A DNA stretch of 64,000 nt. Origin: Gemmatimonadales bacterium. Its GTDB lineage: Bacteria; Gemmatimonadota; Gemmatimonadetes; Gemmatimonadales; GWC2-71-9. Location of the stretch: contig JBFGJG010000002.1 of the NCBI GenBank assembly GCA_041577295.1, positions 32,001 to 96,000 on the forward strand, in the 5' to 3' direction. The notes beneath the pieces are model-generated. The model made no database searches. It was not told the DNA's origin and was given only the letters and a program-made list of their open reading frames with translations. The position numbers and the translations under genes are program-made. Positions 1 through 8,878 of the stretch are shown one piece after another (positions within the stretch are counted from its first letter, which is position 1; each line of letters begins with the position of its first letter).

Positions 1-1401
1 GTAGTATGCTGAGGGCCCCTCGGCCGATTGCGTGGCCGCATAGCGGGCGTCGAGCACCATGAAGTCGGGGTAGTATGGATAGACGTGGAAGGCCGCAAAG
101 ACGCCCGCCGGCAACGCCGCCGTCGGTCGCATGCGCCCCGCGTCGAGCCCAACGCCGTCGTTGTCGTATTCCATGGGCTGAGGGGCAAACTGCTCACCCA
201 GCGCGCGACGAATCGCCACCTCTTCCTCTGCCGTCGTCTCGGTGGGGTGGTACATGGGGTCGAGCGTCGGCCAGTTGGTGTAGGCCACCGGTCGCTGTTT
301 TCGGTAGGTCTCCGACTCGTAGGCGACGATCTGCTCACAGGCCTTGGCCAACCACGTCTCCATCGGGGACCCATCGCGCAGCTCGATATACCGACCCGAC
401 CACTCGGTCTGGCGCGGCCCCCGGCGGTTGAATACCACGACCGAGTAGGGCTCCCACTCTCGACCAATGATGTACGCCAGCGTCCAGTCGGATACGTCGG
501 CGATGTAGCGACCGGCGGCATGGCCACGACGCGGAAAGATGTCAGCGCGTCCGTGGATCACATCGACCACTCTTCGCATCTCCCGAAAGAACTCGCCCTC
601 CCAGGTGGGATCCTCGTACTCGTGATTGGGCGGAAGCTCCGTCCATACGCCGTGCACCACCCACAGCGGGTCGTCGGGATTGGCCAGGTTGTACGCGCGC
701 AGCGCGTCGTAGAATTCCGGCGGATGGATGGTGTACACCCGGATGGTGTTGGCCCCCATCTCACCAATACCCGTAAGCCAGCTCGCGTAGGTTGCCGAAT
801 CGGGGAACTGGCTCGGAAATCGACCGGGCAGCGCAGCGCCAAGGTTGACACCTTTGACATAGAACGGTCGCCAACCGTCCGCGGTGCGGACTTCGAAGCG
901 GTCCCGAGATGCGCGAATGCGGTGTTCGAGCGTGTCGGGAAGAAGTAAGGGCGGACGAGAAGGACCACCTTCCGGCATTTGTCGCAGATACTGAAGGGCG
1001 GTCACGTTCTCCGGCTCGACACGGAGGACTCGCGCGAAACCGTCGCGTGCCACTTCGAGTTCTCCATTGAGCCAGGACACGAGGGCGATCCCCACGAGGG
1101 CATCGACGACGCTCGAGTCCACGGCGAGCACGCGCGCGAACAACGATCGAGCCTCCTCGGTGCGACCGAGCCGCATGGCGGCATACCCGAGCCCAGTGAT
1201 CACTCCGATGTCCTGCGGGCAGATGGCACTGGCACGCCGAAACAGCGTGTCAGCACGGGAGAAGTCGTCGCGGCGATAGGCGCTCCAGCCATCCGCCAGG
1301 AGCTGCTCCACCGCGGCCGGACAATCTTGAGCCTTCGCCGGCGTGGGAGTCATTGCGAGCCCGACGATCACGCAGACCATCAGCCCAAGCAGCCTCCCCA
1401 A
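1..1401 (-). CDS. Secreted TPR-containing protein with a glycoside-hydrolase-like TIM-barrel domain (partial; runs off the window start)
   Basis: Absent from the ORF track because there is no stop in the window. Manual translation of the minus strand from TTG 1401 (alternative ATG 1380) gives a signal peptide (LMVCVIVGLAMTPTPAKAQ), TPR-like helices (GLGYAAMRLGRTEEARSLFARVL), then VKGVNLG, MGANTIRVYTIHPPEFY, IIGREWEP and HVYPYYPDF. Confidence 0.75.
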   Translation of the reverse strand, partial: MGRLLGLMVCVIVGLAMTPTPAKAQDCPAAVEQLLADGWSAYRRDDFSRADTLFRRASAICPQDIGVITGLGYAAMRLGRTEEARSLFARVLAVDSSVVDALVGIALVSWLNGELEVARDGFARVLRVEPENVTALQYLRQMPEGGPSRPPLLLPDTLEHRIRASRDRFEVRTADGWRPFYVKGVNLGAALPGRFPSQFPDSATYASWLTGIGEMGANTIRVYTIHPPEFYDALRAYNLANPDDPLWVVHGVWTELPPNHEYEDPTWEGEFFREMRRVVDVIHGRADIFPRRGHAAGRYIADVSDWTLAYIIGREWEPYSVVVFNRRGPRQTEWSGRYIELRDGSPMETWLAKACEQIVAYESETYRKQRPVAYTNWPTLDPMYHPTETTAEEEVAIRRALGEQFAPQPMEYDNDGVGLDAGRMRPTAALPAGVFAAFHVYPYYPDFMVLDARYAATQSAEGPSAYY

Positions 1402-1414
1402 GTGCCGCGGCGCG

Positions 1415-2467
1415 TTATTCAATATCCACCACGATTTTCCCCATCTGCTTGCCTTCGGCGAGCCGCTGAAAGGCCTCGATGGCGTTAGTCAACGGGTAGG
1501 TCGAATCGATCACCGGGCGGAGTTTGCCCTGTCCCAAGAGCCTGACGATCTCGGAGTACTCCCCCGCATTCCCCATGGTCGATCCCATGATGTTGAATTG
1601 ATACCAGAAGAGGCGGCGGACGTCTGTGACAACTTTGGGCCCCGTGGTGGCTCCGCAGGTCACGAGCCGGCCCCCCGGCCCCAACATCCGGAGGGAGCGC
1701 TCCCAGGTGGCCTCTCCAACGTTCTCGACCACGACGTCGAGCCCTCCCTTTCCCACCACCCGCCGCGACTCCTTGACGATATCGGCCACGGAGTGGTTGA
1801 GCGTGAGGTCGGCACCCATCTCTTTGGCGTGTTCGAGCTTCGCGTCGCTCGACGAGGTGACGATGACCCATGCCCCAGCGAGCTTCGCAATCTGGAGGGC
1901 CGCGAGGGACACCCCCCCGCCGATCCCCCATATCAACACCGTCTCGCCAGGCCGGAGGCGCGCCCGCGTCATGAGCATCCGCCAGGCGGTGAGCGTGACC
2001 AGGGAAAACGCGGCCGCCTCTCCCCAGGAAACGGCCTCGTGGGGGGGTGGCAGATCGGGTATGAGGCGGACATTCTGGGATGGCACTCGTACATACTCGG
2101 CGAGCGTGCCTGCGAGGTGTTCGCCGAGGAGCTTGTAGGCGATACACAGCGACTGTTCTCCCGCGTGGCAGTACTCGCATGCGTAGCACGAGATGCCAGG
2201 ATTGAACAGCACGCGGTCTCCAGGGGCAACGTGGCGCACTCGGACCCCCACCTCTTCAATAACGCCCGCGCCGTCACCGCCAAGCGTGTGAGGGAGGTCT
2301 AGCGAGAGGCTAGGTAACCCGCGGAGGGTCCACAGGTCGAGGTGATTCAGGGCGGCCGCATGGAGCCGGACGATCACATCGTCCGGGGACGACAACGTGG
2401 GCCGTGCAACGTCCGCGAGCTGCAGTTGAGAGAGGTCACCGTGGCCCCGCATAACTAGGGCTCGCAT
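1415..2467 (-). CDS. Zinc-binding MDR-family alcohol dehydrogenase/quinone oxidoreductase
   Basis: AALNHLD, GGDGAG, structural Zn site CxxCxxCx7C, Rossmann GIGGGV, C-terminal GKIVV. ATG 2467 is the likely start. Confidence 0.85.
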   Translation of the reverse strand: MRALVMRGHGDLSQLQLADVARPTLSSPDDVIVRLHAAALNHLDLWTLRGLPSLSLDLPHTLGGDGAGVIEEVGVRVRHVAPGDRVLFNPGISCYACEYCHAGEQSLCIAYKLLGEHLAGTLAEYVRVPSQNVRLIPDLPPPHEAVSWGEAAAFSLVTLTAWRMLMTRARLRPGETVLIWGIGGGVSLAALQIAKLAGAWVIVTSSSDAKLEHAKEMGADLTLNHSVADIVKESRRVVGKGGLDVVVENVGEATWERSLRMLGPGGRLVTCGATTGPKVVTDVRRLFWYQFNIMGSTMGNAGEYSEIVRLLGQGKLRPVIDSTYPLTNAIEAFQRLAEGKQMGKIVVDIE

Positions 2468-2745
2468 CAGACCCCCGCGCGGGCGTGAGGCCACGAATCA
2501 GGCCCGGCGCTCGTCAGTGACGTGGCTGGTTGGGTCGGATAGGAGAACCCGCCCGAGTGAGGCGCGTAAATCCAGGCAATAGTTGGACATACGCGTGCGA
2601 ACCTAAGCATCGCCTGTCGATCGTGTCAAGCAAAGTGGTGAGCCGTGCGGGGCACGGAGAGCGCGCGCCACGCGTGCGGGCTTGCGCACACCTTTCATTG
2701 CGGCGCAATCTATACACCGCATGCCCGTCACCGGAGGGAAACGCG

Positions 2746-3159
2746 ATGGCAACGCACAACGCTAGTGATACCGGCATCGGTGGTCCCGGGATGTGGGATC
2801 CGATGCCGCTGACCCCACCTGTCAGGCCGTCTCCCGAGCCGGAACGGGAGCGCCTCATCTGGTCGACACCCGAGCCTTCGGTGGCGGAAGAGGAGAAGAA
2901 GGAGCCAGCGAAGCCCCCCCGGAAACGAGTGAAGGCCAAAGCGAAGGCCAAGAAGAAAACGGCGCGAAAGAAAACCGCGAAGAAACCAGCCAAAAAGAAG
3001 AAGCCGACGAGAAAGAAAGCAAAGCGAAAAGCCAAGAAGGCCGCGAAGCGACGCACGCCCGCTCGCAAGAAGAAGAGCACTCGAAAGCGAGCCACCAAGG
3101 CGCGAAAGAAGACGACCAAACGGAAAAAGAAATCGGCGCGACGCGCCAAACGACGTTAG
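2746..3159 (+). CDS. Histone H1-like Lys/Arg/Ala-rich protein
   Basis: GGAGGG SD before ATG 2746. Pro-rich N-terminus followed by repeated KKTA/KKPA/KKAA/RKK units. Confidence 0.7.
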   Translation: MATHNASDTGIGGPGMWDPMPLTPPVRPSPEPERERLIWSTPEPSVAEEEKKEPAKPPRKRVKAKAKAKKKTARKKTAKKPAKKKKPTRKKAKRKAKKAAKRRTPARKKKSTRKRATKARKKTTKRKKKSARRAKRR

Positions 3160-3199
3160 GCAACCAATCATTTACACGAGCGCGGAGACACGCACGGGC

Positions 3200-3754
3200 T
3201 TGCGCGTCGGCCCGATTCGCCATCGTCACATCCGCGGTCTGATATCGTCGTGTCGAGAGGCGGCCCGGTCCCGATATCGCTGGGCCGCCTCGCCGTTGTC
3301 AGTTCGGCTCACCATCTTGGCGGTCGTCGGCCTCATACCCTCTTTCAGTGCGTGTTCCAGTTCCGAACCAACTCCTGCCACTCCGGCGCTTGCACTGGGA
3401 GAGATGTTCGATCGCTCCGCCGCGGCGTGGAACCGTGGCGACTTGGATGCATTCCTTTCCGATTACGCGAACGAGCCCACAACGAGCTTCGTCGCGGGCT
3501 CCGCGGTGCAGTACGGCTACGAATGGATTCGGGAGAACTACGCTCCTCGTTTCGGGCCCGGTGCTGCACGCGATTCGCTCCGCTTCGTTGACCTTTCGAG
3601 CCGGCTGCTAGGCATGGATCATGCTTTCGCGACGGCCCGCTACGTGCTCTACCGGGGGGATTCGGTGACCAGCACGGGCATCTTCACAGTCGTACTGCGA
3701 CGCGAAAACGGGGACTGGAAGATTCTTCATGATCACACCAGCCGTGACCAGTAG
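3200..3754 (+). CDS. NTF2-like/DUF4440 (SnoaL-like) putative lipoprotein
   Basis: AWNRGDLDAFLSDY...G.WKILHDHTS pattern and lipobox-like FSAC. Start uncertain. Confidence 0.75.
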   Translation: MRVGPIRHRHIRGLISSCREAARSRYRWAASPLSVRLTILAVVGLIPSFSACSSSEPTPATPALALGEMFDRSAAAWNRGDLDAFLSDYANEPTTSFVAGSAVQYGYEWIRENYAPRFGPGAARDSLRFVDLSSRLLGMDHAFATARYVLYRGDSVTSTGIFTVVLRRENGDWKILHDHTSRDQ

Positions 3755-5150
3755 AAACACCGACCGCGGGGTGTACTCGAAGCGACGTCATGCCGTTGGC
3801 TGGGGCGGCGCCCGCTGGTCCCTCACCCTCTTGGGGATGGCGGCGCTCCTCGGAGGGTGCGAGAGCGGTGAGGGGAAGACCGCATTCATAGGGGCAACGG
3901 TGTTCGACGGGACCGGAGCTCCCGTATTGCAGAATGCGGTAATCCTCGTGTCCGACGGAAGAATCGAGGCTCTTGGGCCGGCTGATCTGGTTCGGGTCCC
4001 TCGGGGGGCGGAAGAGGTGCAGGTCGATGGACGCTGGGTGATCCCGGGTCTCATCGACGCGCACACCCACGCGGATCGTTGGATGTTGGATCGGTTTCTC
4101 GCTTATGGGGTGACTGCCATCCGGGATGCGGGGGGGGACCAGGACGATATTCTTGCACTCCGCAGCAGCGTGCGTTCTGGCACGGTGCTCGGGCCGCGGA
4201 TGTATGTCTCGGGAGCTCCGATCGACGCGTCGCCGGGTCGGGCACGAGGTGCTACGGTGGTGTCCAATGGCAACGAAGCACGGCGGGCAATCGATCAATT
4301 GGTTCTCGCCGAGGCTGCCCAGGCGAAGGTCTTCGCGGGAATCGACGCGCGTTTGCTGCGCCCGCTCATGGACGAGGCGACCACGCTCAATATTCCCGTG
4401 GCGGGGCACCTCGGGAAGGTGGACGCGATCACGGCGGCCGAGATCGGTGTGCGTACGCTGGAGCACATGACGGGTGTCGTCGAGGCGGCGGTCGCCAGCC
4501 CACGCATCTTCTTCGATGCGCACAACGATTACTACCGTGGTTGGAACACGGTGCAGCGCGGTTGGGCAGCACTCGATTCGGCGACGCTGAACCGAGTCGC
4601 TGAGAGGCTCGTGGGTTTGGGTGTCGCGATCGTCCCTACGCTCGTGCAGCACGAGGTGTACAGCCGCCTCGATGACCCGGCGTTGGTCCAAGAACTCGAT
4701 ATCGCCGGCGTTCTGGATTCCGTACAGGCGCGCTGGGCAGCGGTGACCCTCGGTGCGCGCGGTCTCACGACGCGGGACTTCCCCACCTTTCGCCGATCAC
4801 GATCGGTTCAGGATCTCTTCGTCCGCATCTACGCCAATGCCGGCGGTAGAATCGCGGCCGGAACAAACACGGCGGGCGAGTGGCTGCCGCCCGGTTCGAG
4901 TCTTCATACCGAGCTCGCTCTATTAGTGAAGGCGGGGCTCGACCCAGCGCGCGCCATCCAAGCCGCTACTCGAGAGGCGGCCGCGCTCGTAGGGGTCGAC
5001 AGCGTGGGAACCCTCCAAGCGGGGGCCGTTGCAGACTTCCTCGTGCTCTATGCGAACCCCCTCCAAGACATCACCAACACGCGGGCGATCGAGATGGTGG
5101 TATCGGCCGGAACGGTTTTTCGGCCGGAGGAGCTGAAGGGTGGATGGTAG
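3729..5150 (+). CDS. Amidohydrolase family protein (probable lipoprotein)
   Basis: PGLIDAHTH, GVTAIRDAG, EH ligand and GTLQAGAVADFLVL..NPL. Lipobox LGGC. Start uncertain. Confidence 0.8.
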   Translation: MITPAVTSRNTDRGVYSKRRHAVGWGGARWSLTLLGMAALLGGCESGEGKTAFIGATVFDGTGAPVLQNAVILVSDGRIEALGPADLVRVPRGAEEVQVDGRWVIPGLIDAHTHADRWMLDRFLAYGVTAIRDAGGDQDDILALRSSVRSGTVLGPRMYVSGAPIDASPGRARGATVVSNGNEARRAIDQLVLAEAAQAKVFAGIDARLLRPLMDEATTLNIPVAGHLGKVDAITAAEIGVRTLEHMTGVVEAAVASPRIFFDAHNDYYRGWNTVQRGWAALDSATLNRVAERLVGLGVAIVPTLVQHEVYSRLDDPALVQELDIAGVLDSVQARWAAVTLGARGLTTRDFPTFRRSRSVQDLFVRIYANAGGRIAAGTNTAGEWLPPGSSLHTELALLVKAGLDPARAIQAATREAAALVGVDSVGTLQAGAVADFLVLYANPLQDITNTRAIEMVVSAGTVFRPEELKGGW

Positions 5151-5196
5151 AAAGACCGTAAGGAGTAAGGAGTGAGTGATTCGAAATGAGAAATGC

Positions 5197-5226
5197 GAGG
5201 TGGCCGCGGATCGCGACCACCTCTTT
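5197..5226. terminator. Probable bidirectional intrinsic terminator between convergent genes
   Basis: GAGGTGGCCGCG-GAT-CGCGACCACCTC 12-bp stem (one G-U pair on the minus strand). Followed by TTT on + and GCATTTC on -. Confidence 0.5.
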
Positions 5227-5239
5227 CGATGTTCGCGAG

Positions 5240-5680
5240 CTACAGTCGTTCCAGCAACTGCCTGAGTAGCTTGACCGCGCCGGCCCGCGTTGCGGGCCGT
5301 CCGCTTAGCACCACGACTGCCATGACGTCGTCCTTGAGCGCCATTGCCCGCCACCCATCTTCCTCGGGATGCGATAACGCGCTCGTCGCGACCCCGTCGA
5401 TCGTCTCGTATCCTGACGCTCCGCGTGGATCGTACCAGTAGCTGGAGTCGGCCAGCTGGATGATGGCGTAGGATTCGTCGTCTCTTCCGAACCACTGACA
5501 TCCCGCCCCCATCGCGGCGATCTCGCCATCGTCAACTGCGGTTCCGAGTTGGTTTGTGATTTCATCAGATGAAAACAGCTTGCACAGATCGCGTTGGGGT
5601 AGCGTCTGTGTACGCCCGACCTGTGGAACGAGGACCAACGTTAACAGAAGACCAACACATGCCTGCGCAATGCGAGACAT
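5240..5680 (-). CDS. Hypothetical secreted protein (DUF3558-like two-Cys pattern)
   Basis: Signal peptide, then DLCKLFSSDEI...GCQW. GGAGGG SD precedes ATG 5680. Confidence 0.6.
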   Translation of the reverse strand: MSRIAQACVGLLLTLVLVPQVGRTQTLPQRDLCKLFSSDEITNQLGTAVDDGEIAAMGAGCQWFGRDDESYAIIQLADSSYWYDPRGASGYETIDGVATSALSHPEEDGWRAMALKDDVMAVVVLSGRPATRAGAVKLLRQLLERL

Positions 5681-5739
5681 ATCGACCCTCCGAGCATTGT
5701 GGAGCAAGTGTCCTTCAACCTCGCGTCATTCCATCCGCA

Positions 5740-5812
5740 CTGGGGCGGCAGGACTCGAACCTGCAACCTCCCGGTTAACAGCCGGGCGCTCCGCCAGTTG
5801 AGCTACACCCCA
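5740..5812 (-). tRNA. tRNA-Asn (GTT)
   Basis: Reverse complement folds into a cloverleaf: acceptor TGGGGTG/CGCCCCA, D arm GCTC/GAGC, anticodon arm CCCGG-CTGTTAA-CCGGG, T arm GCAGG-TTCGAGT-CCTGC. Discriminator G; CCA not encoded. Confidence 0.97.
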
Positions 5813-6059
5813 TCAAAAGCCGTTCGCCGCTCACCCATATTGCTGCACGAGCGGCGCTGACTTGTATCTGCCTCTCCGGCCTCACCTGCCGGAAGCCCTT
5901 ACGAGACAGAAACATAGCCGCGATCTGACCGCCGCGCACCGCCACCGAACGGACCCCGACCCTAGCCCCTGGGCCATTTTCGTTCGATCTTTGAACATCT
6001 ACCCCGCCGATCACACGGCGGTGCGCCCGCTGATCTGATACCAAGCCCTGGATCATTCT

Positions 6060-7025
6060 ATGGATTCGTCGGACGACCTACAGGTCCAGCCAAACCAATG
6101 GACGGCCCCGCAGGGTCCGGCCTTGGTAGACGGTGCGGCGGATCTGACCGGCGCTCGCGATCGCGCTGCCGCGTTCTTACAGGAGCGCACGACGAGACCA
6201 GGCGTGATGGGGCGCCGACTCATGGGACATCCGAGCCCGGGCGATCTCCAACTCACTGATCACCTAATCCGCGAAGGCCGCCGACGCACACGCATCGACG
6301 GGAGCAAGGACGGAGCGCTGTTTCCCACGGCATGGACCACGTGGGAACTGCTCGACCTCGGTTGTCCACCGGATCACGCTGCGGTGGTGCGGACCGTCGG
6401 ATACGTGCTCACGAGGCAGGATCGACCGGGGCGATATGGCGAAGGATGCACGCCTGAGCGCCACGAGCGCAAACGGTGCCGTCACTTCTTACAGGGCTTC
6501 TTCTCGCCCGGCTCGTGGGAAGACGAGATAGCACCCTTGCAGTTGCCATCGGGATTGGTGATCAGCGATGAGGAGGCCGCCCGGTTCGCGCTCAGTTGTG
6601 TCGCGCTGCGTGTGGTCCTCCGCGCGCGACAAGATGGTCGGACCGCGGTGTGCCGCCATGTCGAGAGCCTGCTAGGCATGGATGAGCTCTGGGAGGGGTC
6701 CCCAACATGGTGGTCGCTCGATCTCTCATTTCTTGCCGCAGGTGCCGTTGCGTTGGCTCCGCTGCAGTTCAGAGCGCAGGCCGATGAGCGCATGCGGCGA
6801 CTGCTCGATCAACAGCTCCCCGATGGGAGCTGGCAGGACGCTCACTTCTTCAACGCGCTCGACATGCTTATGTCGTCTTCGACTCCGGAAGTGCGAGGCG
6901 CCATCAAGCGCGCAGTGCCGCTGTTGATGAGTCTGCAGCAAGACTCCGGCGCTTTTGATGAGAGTGGGAACGAGGAGATGGTGCTCATCGCGCTGCGAGC
7001 GTTCCGAATCGCCGAAAAGCCGTAG
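6060..7025 (+). CDS. Hypothetical protein with prenyltransferase/squalene-cyclase-like (QW-type) repeats
   Basis: Repeated motifs RQDRPGRY, QQLPDGSW and LQQDSGAF in a helical context. Confidence 0.55.
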   Translation: MDSSDDLQVQPNQWTAPQGPALVDGAADLTGARDRAAAFLQERTTRPGVMGRRLMGHPSPGDLQLTDHLIREGRRRTRIDGSKDGALFPTAWTTWELLDLGCPPDHAAVVRTVGYVLTRQDRPGRYGEGCTPERHERKRCRHFLQGFFSPGSWEDEIAPLQLPSGLVISDEEAARFALSCVALRVVLRARQDGRTAVCRHVESLLGMDELWEGSPTWWSLDLSFLAAGAVALAPLQFRAQADERMRRLLDQQLPDGSWQDAHFFNALDMLMSSSTPEVRGAIKRAVPLLMSLQQDSGAFDESGNEEMVLIALRAFRIAEKP

Positions 7026-7192
7026 ACCAGCAAGGCTGGCCACCCCGCAATCAGAAGAGATGTTGCTCCGGGTCGTCATCCCACCGACAATTAGCACATG
7101 AGGACGCACCCAACGGGTGCGTGCCGACGTGCTGCCCCTGCCCGCCTTACGAGGCGGGCGGCAATTCACCATACACCCTATGAGGAGGAGAC

Positions 7193-8272
7193 GTGCACGT
7201 CGATCCGCAAGATCAGCGGACGCGAATCCGGCTGACGGCGCTGTCGCACGGCGCGGGTTGAGCCTGCAAGCTCGGCGCAGCTGAGCTGGCGCAGGTCCTG
7301 CGTCATTTGCCGGCGGTGAGCGATTCGCGCGTACTCGTGGCCGCTCTGACACGAGACGATGCCGCGGTCTATCGACTGTCGGACGATCGTGCGATCGTCG
7401 CCACCGTGGACTTTTTCACGCCCATCGTGGACGATGCGTACGCCTTTGGTGCGATTGCCGCCGCCAATGCGTTCAGCGATCTGTACGCGATGGGGGCCAC
7501 GCCGCTGTTGGCACTCAATATCGTCGGCTGGCCGCGAGAACCGGCGATGCTCGAGCTGCTCGGCGACACGATTCGGGGCGCCGTGGATGTCACCCGGGAG
7601 GCTGGCGCGTTCATCCTGGGAGGACATTCGATTGACGACCGTGAACCGAAGTTTGGACTGGTTGCGATCGGTGAGGTGCATCCGGATCGCGTGCGGACCA
7701 ACGCGGGAGCGCGCGCGGGCGACCGGCTCGTGCTCACAAAGCCGATCGGCACCGGCATCCTGAGTACGGCGCTCAAGCGCGACCTCCTACGCGAGACCGA
7801 TATGGAGCCGGCGGTCCGCGCGATGACCACGCTCAATGCAGGTGCGGCCCGCGCGGTCGCCGGGCTCGGTGATGCGGTGCATGCGGTTACCGACATCACG
7901 GGGTTTGGTTTGATCGGACACCTGCGCAACGTGTGTTTGGCGAGCGGGGTCTCCGCCCGCCTCGTGGCAACCGACGTCCCCGTCTTCCCACATGTGTGGC
8001 GACTGGTCGGCCAGCGCGCCGTCCCTGGCGGCACCGAACGAAATCTGGAAGCTGCCGGCGATTACACTGAGTGGAACGATGCTGTGGATGACACGACCCG
8101 GACTATCTTGTGCGACGCCCAAACTTCCGGCGGGCTCTTGATCGCGGTCGATCCTGCGGCAACTTCGACGCTAGTCCAGCGTTTGCAGGACGAATCGAGT
8201 CCGTCAACCGCGGTCATTGGCGAGGTTACGAAAGGATCCGGAGAGATCATCGTGGTTGGTGAGCGCAGTTAG
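7193..8272 (+). CDS. selD: Selenide, water dikinase (selenophosphate synthetase), selenocysteine-containing
   Basis: GAGGAGGAG SD, then GTG 7193: MHVDPQDQRTRIRLTALSHGAG-U(TGA 7259-7261)-ACKLG. This is in frame with the track ORF containing DDAAVY, TVDFFTP, GGHS, TDITGFGL and DAQTSGGLL. Confidence 0.93.
7262..7296 (+). promoter_or_regulatory. Candidate bacterial SECIS element
   Basis: Directly 3' of the UGA: lower stem GCCTGC/GCAGGT, upper stem AGCTCGGC/GCTGAGCT, apical loop GCA starting with G. Confidence 0.65.
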
Positions 8273-8278
8273 GCCGAG

Positions 8279-8878
8279 ATGGCAGCGGTAGTGGTTGTTC
8301 ACGCCGACGAGAGTTGCCTTGGCAACGGACGAGACGGGAAGACACCGGGCGGGGCAGCGTCGTTGATCGAGACTCGCTCCAGGGGTCGGGTTGTGCAACG
8401 GGACGTGTTCATTTCAGCACCTGACACGACGAACAACCGAATGGCCCTGGCAGGGGCGATTGCGACCTTCGCACTCATCTCTCGTAAGCGCCAACAGCTC
8501 CGAGTGGCCTACGTGTCCGACTCCGAGTACCTGATCAAAGGAATGCGAGAATGGGTGCCGGCATGGCGCGCGCGCGGGTGGCGTCGCAAAGGGGGAGAAA
8601 TCTCAAATCTCGAGCTGTGGCAAGCGTTGACCAAGGTCAGCGCGCCGCACGATATCGAATGGATATGGGTACCAGGCCACGCCGGTCACCCAAAAAACGA
8701 ATACGCAAACGACCTGGCTATCCGCGCGGCGGCGGAACAGCTGATTTCCGACGGAGCCGTGTCGTCTGGTTTCGCAAACTGGCTCGAGCGGAAACAAGCA
8801 CGCGGTAAGTTCAAGAACTACGATCCCGAGCGGGCGCTAGCAGAAGTCGAGACTCGACTGGGGAGCAACGCGGGATGA
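8279..8878 (+). CDS. rnhA: Ribonuclease HI (variant active site)
   Basis: ADESCLGNG, TTNNRMAL, SDSEYL, W..RGW, N.ELW and W.WVPGHAGHPKNE. Confidence 0.85.
   Translation: MAAVVVVHADESCLGNGRDGKTPGGAASLIETRSRGRVVQRDVFISAPDTTNNRMALAGAIATFALISRKRQQLRVAYVSDSEYLIKGMREWVPAWRARGWRRKGGEISNLELWQALTKVSAPHDIEWIWVPGHAGHPKNEYANDLAIRAAAEQLISDGAVSSGFANWLERKQARGKFKNYDPERALAEVETRLGSNAG

Noticed and set aside
28..1488. Long plus-strand ORFs 28..948 and 979..1488 (and similar ones such as 1343..2302, 3684..4691 and 40124..41023)
   Set aside because: These are antisense shadows of well-supported genes, common in high-GC DNA, and carry no recognisable motifs.
2890..3159. A-rich repetitive DNA as a CRISPR array or non-coding repeat
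   Set aside because: It is explained by Lys codons of the H1-like protein, with no repeat-spacer periodicity.
5240..5812. Genomic island integrated at tRNA-Asn
   Set aside because: No integrase, and I saw no duplicated tRNA 3' end in the window (searched by eye only).
7193..7306. selD as a pseudogene with a premature stop
   Set aside because: The TGA sits exactly at the catalytic Cys/Sec position and is followed by a SECIS-like hairpin.
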